The notes beneath the pieces were generated by a model. The model had not been told where the DNA came from. It saw only the letters and a list, made by a program, of their open reading frames with translations, and did no database searches. From assembly GCF_001194135.2 (NCBI RefSeq), contig NC_068999.1, forward strand, positions 53,846,314 to 53,910,313: a stretch of 64,000 nt of DNA, read 5' to 3'. Both the position numbers and the translations under genes were made by a program. The DNA comes from Octopus bimaculoides (Eukaryota). This document shows, one piece after another, positions 13,295 to 28,320 of this stretch; position 1 is the first letter of the stretch; every line of letters starts with the position of its first letter.

Positions 13295-13610
13295 TCATCA
13301 TCATCCTCGTCATCACCATTTCATGTTTGCTTTCCATGCTGGCCTGGGTTGGACAGTTTGACAGGAGCGGGCAAGCCAGAGTTCTGCACCAGGCTCCAGT
13401 TGTCTGTTTTGGCATAGTTCTTACAGCTAGATGCTCTTTCTAATGCCAACTACTTTACAGAGAGTACTGGGTACTTTTGACGTGGCACCAGTACCGTTAC
13501 TTTTGACATGGCGCCAGCAGAGGTGGGTTTTTTTTTTACATGGCACCAGCATGGGTGTTTTATACATGGCATGAGCACTCGTAGTGTTGCCAAGTAGCTT
13601 ACAAGACAAG
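13295..13610 (-). repeat. RTE-type 3' tail copy
   Basis: (cat)n...tttccatgctggc...gggttggac...tagatgctctttctaatgccaac. Confidence 0.75.
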
Positions 13611-15005
13611 GACTTCAGCTGAGAGAGGAAGTGAAACCAAGGGAAGTCGCTGTGTGCCAGGTGAGAGACAGGGATGGCTGTCTTATTACAGAGGAGATAC
13701 TTGGTTACCCCAGTTGGACAAGGTGGGAGAGGAAGGTAGGGAAGAGTTAGAGAGAAAAATAGAGACAGTCAGAGTGAAAGAGAGGGAACAGTGGGGGGAG
13801 TATAAGTAGGTACAGTGGGGGAAAGAGGGAGATGTTCCATAAGAGTGTGCAGGAAGGTATTTAGAGATAGCAAGTGAAGGTGAGAGGAACGGGAGTGGGT
13901 GGGAGATGGGGATGGTAGATATGTAAAGATATAGAAAGTGTGTGGAGGGGCCTGCAGTGGGTGGTGGGGGGTTTCAAATTTATGAATTTCTAAATTTTAA
14001 TTCATTGGTGATACTCCATAAATTAGGTTGTGGTGTTATGTAGTTCCAGTTGTGCTCCTGTATGATTGAGCTATAGTGCTATGCTAATCAAGTTGGGTAC
14101 TACATGGGTCAGATTGTGGTGCTACATGGACCATATTGTGCTGCATGGCTCAAATATAGTTATATATGTGGTTATGTTGCCAGTTGGTTCTTAAAATAAA
14201 CTATCGGAAAACAGTGTTATTCCTTCTTATTGAGTTCAGTTGATGGCAAAGAAAAGATTGGTTGGAAACTGTAATTAAAGGAGTTATGAATGAATTAAAA
14301 GAATATCTAAATCTAATCAAAATATTTATTCAGTTATCAAACAAGAATAACAAATCAACAAAGAATTCTTGTCCATACTCAATTATTTCTGTATAGTTTT
14401 TTGATATTGTTTATAACTAAAGGTTACTTTCATTTTGTATGTCATCTATTGATAAAAATTAGTACAATATTTTAGTGTAACTCATTTAAACTGCAGGTAT
14501 ATGAAACCCATACTAATGTATATTGCTGAGAGATAACAATAGATATATATATATATCTATAAATATGTAAATATCTATATATATATATGTTGTTGTAGGT
14601 GTTGCTATAGTAACTCGCTGGCTGCATGTCGACTGAATTTCGGGTTGAAGAGACATCATTGCATGAAGACTTTGAAATAGGTCAAGACAATATATATATT
14701 AAACTGCTATTCCAATCAACTCTACTTTTCTACTTTTTCTTGCTTCCTAATAACAAGCACTTTTTTCTCCAAAAGGCTAGCATTCGTATATTATTATTAT
14801 GATTGTTATTAATATTTTTACTGTTGTTGGGTGCTGAGCTACATTGCTAAGTCCATGACCACATCAGTACCAGTGACCCAGTTGGAATCATTTAATTTAT
14901 ACTGTTCATTCCCCTATAAAAAAAACACAAACATTACATCTTTCCTCTCCTTGTTTTGTTAGATATCTGAATACTTCCATGTATAGTAACTTTTCAGTAG
15001 TAGCA

Positions 15006-15046
<41 letters not shown>

Positions 15047-16489
15047 TGCTAGCCCTGGTATTAACTCCTACTCTCTGCAAGAAGGGGTTTTTTTTCCATT
15101 AATCATTCTGTTTGCTGCTAACATCCTTATAACTAAAACATCCTTTTATTTATATTTTTTCATATTTATTCCACCTCAGTATAATTAATCTCACTAACAT
15201 TGTTATATTATATTAATAACTTTTTTGATATTTACTTCCCAAGCACCAGACTGCACTGCATCTTCTCTCTGCACTGCAATTAGATGAGGACTCTTCAATG
15301 ATGATATTTTCACATAAATTTCTACATATTTTGATTTTCTGGCATTTTTTCTTATTTATATAAAAAAAAGTAACTGTTTTTGATTTTCCATGTTTTTATT
15401 TTTTCTTGTTGCTGTTTTAATTTGGCAAATATATTTTCTAAGATAAACACTTTTACTAAGTCGATGTTTCATGTGTTAATAAGGCTTCAAGTAAAAGCCT
15501 CCTGATCTATGAAGGTGATGAAGGATTTTAAAAAGAATTTGGGTTTAGTCATAAGTCGTTAGTTTTTTCTGTGTTTGTCATGTCTGTGACTATTCACTAG
15601 CAACATGTTCTGTTTGCCCACCTAATAGATAATTGTGGTTTGTTAAAACTGTGTACGTGTTTAGTCACCATATTTCACCAGTAGTTTCCAGACATCTCTG
15701 GATGATGTACTAATATAGATTTTTGTATAGCTACCATAGTGTATATATACTAGAGTTAGAACGTAGAGCTTGCAAATTTCAAGTTCAGTTGGTGTAGTGT
15801 GTATGTATACATTAGAACTCAGTGGTTACAGGTCACCAAGTTGCTGACTGAATATATTAAGGTTGAGAACCTTGTTAGCAAATGTAATGCACCATCGATA
15901 TCACAGAATGAAGTCAACAATCCAAGAGCCCAAAATGGCAAGTACATTATCCACAATGGTAATATTTAGCCCCACTTAAATGTGGATGTTCTTTTAGAAC
16001 AAACTATACTGTGATAGATACACTGAGAGAAACTCTCATAAAAGCGAAGAGATCCACCCCATACAACCTTGTTTGGTGAGACTGAATAATAAGTGTTCCA
16101 ATATTTGTTGCTGCAAAATGCAAACTCCTGTACGGAACATGTAAAATTGACTTGCTTTACTTTACTGAGAGAGACAAGACATTGGTAACTATTGCATATC
16201 TGACAAGCCTGCAACTCTACACGACCTCCCACATAGAACAAATGAAAGACAAGAGTAGTATTTCATGTGTCTCAGCATCATCAAAAATGTTTACTCTGCA
16301 CACTATGCCTGAAAAAATTGGCTGGGTGGTCTTATTTGGAATGCTTTTGGTGATAGATCTGCTCACTTAAGGCTGAATTGGAGCTGTTCAACAACAACTA
16401 TAGCAACTCATGTAACAATGATTCTATTTCATAGATTAAATTATCATCTATTCTGTTGTATCTTTCTGCTTTTATTATCTATATATATA

Positions 16490-16660
16490 TATATGGGAGA
16501 ATATACAAAAAATAACAACAGACGAGGACAGGTGGTGTAAATAACAAAAGTATATATTAGTATGACGCTCGGGAATACGGAAAGTCTTTGACGTTTCGAG
16601 CTACGCTCTTCAACAGAAAGAATACGGAGACAAGGAGAAAAACACATATATATATATATT
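16490..16660 (-). mobile_element. Penelope-like element terminal (pLTR-type) remnant
   Basis: Carries the GAAGA..CTCGAAACGTC hammerhead signature typical of Penelope ends; CpG-rich and bounded by (TA)n. Confidence 0.55.
16585..16621 (-). ncRNA. Minimal type I hammerhead-ribozyme-like motif (variant core)
   Basis: Minus strand reads UCUUU-CUGUUGA-A-GAGC(GUA)GCUC-GAAAC-GUC-AAAGA: 5-bp stem I, 4-bp stem II, GUC cleavage triplet. Confidence 0.65.
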
Positions 16661-17097
16661 ATATATCATATTGCAACAAGAGGTGACTAAAAGGGTAGAA
16701 TATGAGACTAGATAATTATTTACAATGTCTAATTTAGGTGACCAGCTTTACTTTTTTGTACTTCAGGGATTGGTTTTTGTCCTACTAAAGTTTATAAAAT
16801 TAAGTACAAGTAATATACTGGAAGTAATTCTATGTATTACATTGTTTGACTGCTTAATATTAGCCTTGTACAAGTATAAAGGAACCTTATTTACAGCTTC
16901 ATGGTTTCACTCCAATAAAAATATAAATATATGAAGCACTAAATAATTAGTTTTCTGATAAGACACTTAAGACACCAAAAAAATAGGTAGAGCTTGTTTT
17001 TTACTTAGTTCTCCCTGACTAATCTTTTTTAATACCTTTTAATAAATTGTTTGTAGTTTCACATGAATAATAAATTTGTTCTGTTTGTTTTGACCAG

Positions 17098-17196
17098 AGA
17101 TTCAAACCAGCAGCGTATCATGTCAGGAGATTCCACTCAAATGATTTGGTCAAAATCTCTTCTCTCGCAACAACATCAGATCCGACTGGATCGCAG
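17098..17196 (+). CDS. NALCN: NALCN exon: DSNQQRIMSGDSTQMIWSKSLLSQQHQIRLDRR
   Basis: gaccag acceptor, gttagt donor; resembles human RQRMLSG...SILSVQHHIRQERR; phase 2/2. Confidence 0.88.
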
Positions 17197-17584
17197 GTTA
17201 GTCCAACAATTATTGCTGATCACTCAAAGATTTGATACACCAAATTGCCACAAGCTTTTAATAGTTGCATAGTTCAGTAGTCAAATGAGTCAACTGGATA
17301 AAACAGTAAAGCAGATGCTTTTCACATGAAGACTAGTGAACGTGCATTGCTTCTCTGCAAATCAGCAGAATAGAGGAATATTTAAAGGAAAGGAATGACT
17401 GATTAACTGAGACGGGACTATGGTTAAATACATCAAGGAGAGCCTTGTCATTAGAGAAATATAAATTACTTATATTTCAATCAAACATAAATATAATCAG
17501 TCCTGTCATGCAATGTCAAGCCTCATGTGACTTGATAACTTGAGTATTTCATACAGGTTAACTGGACATATATTGTTATTACAG

Positions 17585-17746
17585 GAGTTTCCGTGCTGGA
17601 TCACGTCCCAGTAGTCTGAAGATGAAATCTTCCACAATGAAAGAGAATGGTGACATTCATGGCGTAACAATGACTTCATCACGTCGTACTGAAGATTTTG
17701 ATATCAAAGTATGGCAACAGAGAAAGCAACAAGCTGAATTCAAACG
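17585..17746 (+). CDS. NALCN: NALCN exon: SFRAGSRPSSLKMKSS...DFDIKVWQQRKQQAEFKR
   Basis: ttacag acceptor, gtacgt donor, 162 nt, phase 2/2. Confidence 0.92.
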
Positions 17747-17946
17747 GTACGTATTGACAATGCTTGTAAGTATCATCATCATCATCATCATCATTTGATG
17801 TCTACTTTTTCATGCTTGCATCCATTTTGTTCTTCTCCTGTCCCTTTTCTTGTTGCTTTCCCTCAGATTTTCTTTCGTTTATATTTGCTAAATTTTAATT
17901 ATTCATTTTAAAAAGTTTTAAATGAGAAATTTTACATTTTGCATAG

Positions 17947-18153
<207 letters not shown>

Positions 18154-18787
18154 TAAGTATTTCCCTGCCCTTCTGTGAAGTCTAGACTAGTTGGTCAGGT
18201 AAGCTATTATTCTGTCAAAGTTTGACAATTGGAATTGGTAAAGATCCCCTTCGGTCATGAAGGACCATAGGATTGCATCTTGAAAGCTACCCACCGAGGC
18301 ACAAGTCCGGGCAAGGTTATTTTTTTTATGGAACACCAGTAGTTGCCTCTCTCTTTCTTTTTCTCTTTCCTCTCTCACCCTTTTGCTCCAATTACTCTTA
18401 TTTCCTCCATTTTATTCTTGTTTCTTTCTCTCTCCCACCCTAATTAATTTTCTACTATCTTTTCTTCTGTTCATTTGCTTGATCGCATTGCTTTAAACAA
18501 AATGACACAATGTAGTGTTGTGAGGCCTTTTTAGTCATGTCGGGCATAAGGCAACCTCACTAGTGCTGGTGCAACAATAAACTGCACCCTGTATTCTCAG
18601 TAAAGTGTATAGCAAATAAATAGAAACAATGTGTGGTCAAGAGAATTCTTCAGTCATGTCTTGCTGAGGAAATGGCAACCGCTCTAATACTGATGTTGTG
18701 ATAAAATGCAACCTTTATACTCTAATCTTTTACTAGTTTCTGTCATTAGACTGCAGCCATGCTGGGGCACTGCCTCAAATCAATATA

Positions 18788-19015
18788 TTAATCCTTTAGC
18801 ATTCAGACTACTCTGTCAAATGTAATGCTTATTCATTCACATTGTTTTTAATTAATTATGTGTTATCTCGTAGCTTTGAGATTTAAATGGCATGATTGTT
18901 TATTTTTAGAATGACATTGTAAGATAGGTGTGGGAGGCCAGATCTGGCTAGGATGAACATAAAGCAGGTAGAATATTTGGATTTGATATGGCCAGTTTAA
19001 ATGCTACAGGGTTAA
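18788..19015 (+). mobile_element. piggyBac-type MITE
   Basis: ttaa|tcctttagcatt ... aatgctacaggg|ttaa. Confidence 0.8.
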
Positions 19016-19096
19016 ACCTCATTCTCCTTATCCAGTTAAGGATAGAATTAAAAAGCCATGTGCACTTCAAATGAATAAACAAATAGAAACAAATAG

Positions 19097-19911
<815 letters not shown>

Positions 19912-20859
19912 TAGAAAAATAACCACTGAATCTTGCTTCAATTTACAATCACAATGGCAATGAATTACCAGTCTTTACTGTGTAGGACAAAGCGTTGATG
20001 TATTTGTTCCAGCTTTCAGCACTGAGTTCAAGTCTCACCAAGTTTAACTTTATTTTTCATCTTTTTGGGTTGATGAAATAAAGACCATTCCAAAGAGGTG
20101 TCTTTGAACAAGACACCTCAGTTCACATTGCTTCAGTTTACTCAGATGAAAATGAGTGCCAGTTGGTGCAACCCTTTCTACCTCCCAACTGTCATGTCTT
20201 CAGTGTCACTCTGCTACATTGATGGTGAACCTTATTAAGCCTATCATGTTGACATTTTAATCGTTTAATAATCCTGTCATTGAAATGTCACATGTATACA
20301 CATGTTTTAATCTTTTGTAACTGCTCAAGGATAAACTTTTTATAAAATGGTATTGCAGGAAGATTTTTATTTTCAAAGTCCATTGCATGTCACCTAAAAA
20401 CCTGTTGAGTCCCTGGTAACGCATTCTATAGATTCACTGTCTGATCTATTACATAAGGCATAGGAATGGCAGTGTGATTAAGAAATTTACTTCACAACCA
20501 TCTGCTCGGCATTTTGGACAAGTGTCTTCTACTATTGCCCCCAGGCTAACCAATACCTTGTGAGTGAATTTGGTAGATGGAAACTATACAAACCACATTG
20601 TATATATTCATTTGTTTGTTTATACATCCATTTTTCAATGTTTGCTTGGTTTAGACAAATATATTATTGAGGTATTGTTTCACAGCTGGATGCCCTTCCT
20701 GTTGTTAACCTATATCTGTTTTTCAAGTAAGGGATCTCTTATTCCACATGTCTTCAATGGCACAAAGCCAATAGTTGAAGTGTAAGCTGGAGAAATGATG
20801 ACAACATCACCATTTATAACCTGTGATCTTTGATGAAGTACAATTGTTAAAAGTCACCC

Positions 20860-21050
20860 AGGCATGCCCACACACATATGCACACATGCATACATGACAG
20901 GCTTCTTTCAATTTCCATCACAAGGAATCCACTCACTAGGCTTTGATTGACCCAGGACTCTAACTGAAGACACTTGTCTATGGTGCCATACAATGGGACT
21001 GAACCTGAAATCCTAGTTGGGTAATGGATTTCTCACCCATGCAGCCATGT
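20860..21050 (-). mobile_element. Family B SINE, 5' part
   Basis: ggcttctttcaatttcc...gaagacacttg...gggactgaacc. Confidence 0.65.
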
Positions 21051-21309
21051 GTGTGCAACTACATGCATGCATGTGAGAATGTTAATATTCTGCACTCAAA
21101 TGAGTTATGGTCAATGTCATTTTCCTGTCAACAAATTGTCCAGTAATTCAGTACTTTTAAAGATATGCAGAATGCAAAAACTTTCTTTGCTTTGAAAGAA
21201 AAGGTGAGGGTTAGTGATTTCAGGCTAGCATAATAAAAAAGAAAAATCTGCCATGAAACCAAATGAACAAATAAATTACTCAATTTGTAAACAGATTTAT
21301 AATAACTAA

Positions 21310-21552
<243 letters not shown>

Positions 21553-22177
21553 TAGTTTCTTTTCTATTTTTTTTTTTTTGACATTTATGTTTTTATAAAA
21601 TTATTATTTTGATTTCGTTGGTGACCCAAGATGTGGTTTGATTAGCAGTTAAATCATGACAAACCAAGTTTACAACCAGAGTCCATTAGCCATCTTAGTC
21701 TACAACTCTGCTGTTAGACTCTGGCTCTGGTTCTACTTATAGCCGGTGTCTGATATTTGGTGCTTGTGTATGTTTGTACCATGGTCTATTTCATTAGGGC
21801 ATATATCACCAAATGGATAGCTTCTTCAACGATGAGGATGAAAGCCTTTAACATGACCTTCTAGTCAAGACAGGAGCTGAGTATAAACATTGAAGAGATG
21901 ATGAAGCGATCATGTTGTCACTGCATTATCTCAAGATGCTTGATCACAGAATACTGAACCTTCTCAAAAGAAACTACAAAAGATTGCAATAAGTATGATT
22001 GCAGGGTTGATAAAATATGTACCAGTGAGTACTGGGGTCGATGTAATTGACTTACGCCCTCCCCCAGGTTGCTGGCCTTATGCCAAAATTTGACACCATT
22101 AGTTGAAGTAGTAGTAGTAGTAGTAGTAGTTGTTGCTGTTGTTGTTGTACACAGACTTAAAACTACACCATCATTAG

Positions 22178-22336
<159 letters not shown>

Positions 22337-22587
22337 TGACCCTTTTTTTTGCTTCTCCATTTAAATTATAACTTATTAATTTACAACTTGCATATCCATA
22401 TGCAAAGACAAAATGGTGTTCTCAAAATAAGTTACAAAACATTGGTTCTTCAACCAGTCAACCTACACTCCAACCACACTCATCAGTAATATACCTCTTT
22501 CATTCCCATCTTCTTCATTCCTTATGATTATAAATAAATAAATCTAGTCAATTTATGTACCATCTCTTTACCTCTTTTGTCCAACAG

Positions 22588-22694
22588 AAATATTGTGAAG
22601 GTGTATTTATGACCCAAGTCTATGTTACTAAAATGAAAATCCTTGAAGATAATGATAACTCAACAAGACCAGGTTACTTTGTGCCAAGAGTATG
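22588..22694 (+). CDS. NALCN: NALCN exon, domain III extracellular loop: KYCEGVFMTQVYVTKMKILEDNDNSTRPGYFVPRVW
   Basis: caacag acceptor, gtaagt donor, 107 nt. Confidence 0.95.
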
Positions 22695-22786
22695 GTAAGT
22701 ATGCAGACTTTGGACATTTATTTCATTGGTTTCTTATATCTAGTTCTTTATCTTGTGTCATAAGCTGTCTCGTCTGAGTTTTCTTT

Positions 22787-23005
22787 TTAACTCTTTAGCA
22801 TTCAGGTTACTTTGTCAAATATAATGCTTACTTATTCGTATTGCTTTCAATTAATTATGCATTATCTTGTAGCTTTGAGATTTTGATGATGTGATTGTTA
22901 ATTTTTTTTTAATGATATTGTAGGCTAGGTGTGAGAGGCTGGATGTAGCTAGTTTGAACATTAAACAAGGTAGAATATTTGGGCCAGATATGGCTGGTTT
23001 AAATG
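22787..23005 (+). mobile_element. piggyBac-type MITE (right TIR decayed)
   Basis: ttaa|ctctttagcattcag; same internal sequence. Confidence 0.75.
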
Positions 23006-23266
23006 TTGGTTTGTTTTTCTCACTGTAACTTAGTAGTTCAGCAAAAGAGACCGATACAGTAAGTACCAGTCTTAAAAATAAGTAATAGGGTCAGTTTGCC
23101 TGACTAAACCTTTCCGGGCAGTGCCCCAACAGGGACACAGTCCGATAATAGAAACAAATAAAAGATTTCCTCTTGGTGTGTGTTTAACTGTACCACACCA
23201 GTTTTATTGATTGATAAGATGTCTGTAACGACAGTGTTCTTGCATGGCCTTGCCTATAGCTGCTAG

Positions 23267-23530
<264 letters not shown>

Positions 23531-23620
23531 TGAAGATAGGAGCTATCTGATAAGATGTGATATTGATTGTAATTTCTTTCTTCTTGTCCATGTAACTCCT
23601 AACATGACCATCCTTAATAA

Positions 23621-23803
<183 letters not shown>

Positions 23804-23859
23804 TAAATGATTTCTACAGAGTGTAAGCACCCTGAGAGAAAAGTTGGATTTAAGAAGCA

Positions 23860-24820
23860 TCAGATGTGGTGTGCAAGAGAGACGACTGTGCTGGCATGGT
23901 CATGTGTTGTGAATGAATGAGGACAGCTGTGTGAAAAAGTGTCACACCCTAGCAGTTGAGGGAATCTGTGGAAGAGGTAGACCCAGGAAGACCTGGGATG
24001 AGGTGGTGAGGCACAACCATCGAACATTGAGCCTTACCGAGGCAAGGACTAGTGACTGAGACCTTTAGAGATATGCTGTGCTTGAGAAGACCCTGACAAG
24101 CCAAGTGAGACCATAGCCCATGGACTATGCCAGTGGGTGTAACCAGCCCACTTATGAGTAACCCCTCATTCATTGGACAATAAACTTTGCTTGCGAAGAC
24201 CTATTGAGGCAAGTTAAATCAAAATCAAAATCACTGACATGGCCGATGACAGTACCGCCTGATTGGCACTCGTACCAGTGCAACATTAAAAGCACATCCA
24301 AGAGTGATCATTGCCAGGGCCATGGATTGGCTCCCATGCTGGTGGCATGTAAAAAGCACCATTCGAGCGTGATNNNNNNNNNNTCGTACCAGTGGAACAT
24401 TAAAAGCACATCCAAGAGTGATCATTGCCAGGGCCATGGATTGGCTCCCATGCTGGTGGCATGTAAAAAGCACCATTCGAGCGTGATCATTGCCAGCATC
24501 ACCCTACTGGCACGGGAAAAACAACATTTGAGCGTGGTCGTTGCCAGTGCCACCAGACTGGATCCCGTGTAGGTAGCACGTAAAACACACCTTTTGAGCG
24601 TGGTCATTGCCAGAACCACCTGACTGGCCCTCATGCTAGTGGCACGTAAAAGCACCCACTACACTCTAGCAGTGGTTGGCGTTAGGAAGGGCGTCCAGCT
24701 GTTGAAACTTTGCCAGATCAGATTGGAGCCTGATGCAGTCTTCTGGCTCACCAGTCCTCAGTCAAACTGTCCAGCCATGCCAGCATGGAAAGTGGACGTT
24801 AAGCAATGATGACGATGATA
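23860..24820 (+). mobile_element. RTE LINE 3' fragment with tandemly repeated 3' UTR
   Basis: Decayed WHGHVL*MNEDSCVKKCHTLAVEGICGRGRPRKTWDEVV...AVLEKT, then about 65-nt repeats and a (GAT)n tail. Confidence 0.88.
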
Positions 24821-25008
24821 TATAATTAGTATTTGCTTATTGTAGTTAGATTAACTCATACATGTTGATTGAAGTGGATTATGTTTGCTGTATCACAGAC
24901 ATATCCCTCTTCCAATGCCAGCATGGAAAAATTGACATTTTAACACTAGTTTTAACACTTGTTTTACTGACATGTTATTTTCTGAAGCTGTTGTTGCTAT
25001 TTATCTAG

Positions 25009-25800
<792 letters not shown>

Positions 25801-25921
25801 TTATTATTGTTATTATTTGTGTGGGTATGTATGTCTCTGTGTGTGTGTATATGGGCGTGCATGTTAATTTTTGTAAGATAAACAGTACTTAGGGTATATA
25901 ATTTCTGTTTATCTTACATAA

Positions 25922-26230
<309 letters not shown>

Positions 26231-26263
26231 TGAATTCATCTTTCAATCATTTTTCCATTGCAG

Positions 26264-26338
26264 TGGTTGAAAAATGACCACAAAACATTTGTACTTGCAA
26301 GCATCTCGACTGTGTTCACACTTCTCTTTTTATGTGAG
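26264..26338 (+). CDS. NALCN: NALCN exon, IVS2: WLKNDHKTFVLASISTVFTLLFLCE
   Basis: ttgcag acceptor, gtaagt donor, 75 nt. Confidence 0.92.
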
Positions 26339-26819
26339 GTAAGTTGTACACATTTTGTCAGTTTAATTATTTGTTTGGGGAAATTGAACAACAACTAGAT
26401 GGCAACAGTCATGATAGTCCTCATCATCATCATTTTACATTCACTTTCCATAGCCACGTCCACCACAAGGTCCAGTCCTTGTTGCAGTGTGATGGCTTGT
26501 GTGCTTCAGTGATCCTAAGAGCTATGCAACAAAGTGCAAGTTCTTGGTAGTGTCTCCTGTACCAGACAGGTCAAAGGCTTTAATTGGTACTCTGTCTGTT
26601 ACAATGATATGGGTTCCAGTTGAACCAATCAGTGGAACAGCCTACTTGTGCAATTAACATGCAAGTGGCAGAGTAATCCACAGACACACGTACACTTAAG
26701 GTGGTTCTCAGGAAGATTCAGTGTGACATAGAATGTAACAAAGCTGGCTCTTTGAAATACAGGTACTCTTCGTTCTTACCTGACCTGCACATTTTGGTGG
26801 GGGGAAAGAGCAAGTTGTA

Positions 26820-27160
26820 TAGACTGAACCCCACCCCCAGTGCTCAGCTGGTCCTTACTTCATTGACCCTGAAAGAATGAAATAAAGTCCATCTCAGAAG
26901 AATTTGAATGTAAAGAGCCAGAAGAAATGCTGTTAAGCATGTTGTCTGACATGCTGATGATTCTGTCAGAGAGCCACTCTAATAATAATAATGATATAGG
27001 CACAAGGCCTGAAAGTTTGACAGAGGAGGCTAATCAATTACATTGACCCCAGTATGTAACTGGTAGTTATTTTATTGACCTTGAAAAGATGAAAGGCAAA
27101 GTTAACCTCAACGGAATTTGAACTCAGAACGTTATGACAGACAAAATGCCACTAAGCAAC
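26820..27160 (-). mobile_element. Two family A SINEs in antisense orientation
   Basis: attgaccttgaaaagatgaaaggcaaag...gaatttgaactcagaa is the reverse complement of the family A core. Confidence 0.75.
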
Positions 27161-27834
27161 TCGGGTTTTGTTGGAATTCCTGCAGTCTTGCATGCATAGC
27201 GGGCTTGCTACCTGCAGCCTACTGTACCATACTATCCATTCTTTTCAACCATCTCATACTTTCTTGATTATTCTGGCCATGCCTAAAAGGCAAGCCTTCT
27301 GCAACAGCTCTATTATTATCATTATTGTTTGAAATAGCAATGCATGCCATCAAAGTGACACTGGGCTACAAATATGATGCCCAATAAACCCATTATGACT
27401 ACTTGTCCGATAAAGGGACACTAGGCACATGCATCACAACCATATGTGCTTGACATAGTGGGGTCTCATATCAAAATAAACATTACATGACCTTGCAGGT
27501 GGGACCCAGTGATAATTTTCTTCAGATTGAGTAGCCCACCCTGCTCAAATGGTCCCTGAATAAGGGTTGTTTAAGGATGATGAATGAAACATCCATGTTT
27601 ACAAGGGTGACTCATTCAAACCCCAAAGAATTCCTCTCAATACATGTCTATGATGCTCCCCCACTACTCCTACACGTGATCAGAGATGCACAAATTGTCA
27701 ACCATTAAGGAACCTGCTCAACTGGTTGTGGTCAAGCAAATCTGTGGTATTGAGCAGAATATTTGCTGTGGCCCATCTTTTATACCAAGACAAAACATGT
27801 ACATGATAACACTTCCATATTATTATTATTATTA

Positions 27835-28030
27835 TTAAGGTGGTGGATTGGTAGAATTATTGGAATGTCAGGAAAATGCTTTTTGACATGTTTTGACTTC
27901 ACCCTTTAACACTTTTTTTTTTGTCAGGGTCAATAAAAATAAAGTACCAGTCAAGTACTGGAGTTGATTTAAATGACCAATCCTTTCTCCCAAGCTTTCT
28001 GACTTTGTACCTGTTTTAGAAACTATTATT
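27835..28030 (+). mobile_element. Family A SINE
   Basis: Head follows (att)n; cagggtcaataaaaataaagtaccagtcaagtactgg core. Confidence 0.7.
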
Positions 28031-28113
28031 AGGTTCATGGATTGGTATAATAGAGTGTATTCTGTGCCAGTGTTAGAAATTATTATGTTGTTTGTTGTTG
28101 TTTCTCCTATTAG

Positions 28114-28320
<207 letters not shown>

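Noticed and set aside
13620-13980. G/A-rich tracts (also 32830-33130 and 50870-51110) as possible G-quadruplex or triplex elements
   Set aside because: Low-complexity sequence attached to retroposon fragments; nothing suggests specific function.
24384-24473. Near-exact tandem duplication across a 10-N gap
   Set aside because: Probably an assembly overlap within the RTE 3' UTR.
24240-24660. Repeat-spacer appearance reminiscent of CRISPR
   Set aside because: Eukaryotic context, degenerate contiguous tandem units inside a LINE 3' UTR, no unique spacers or cas genes.
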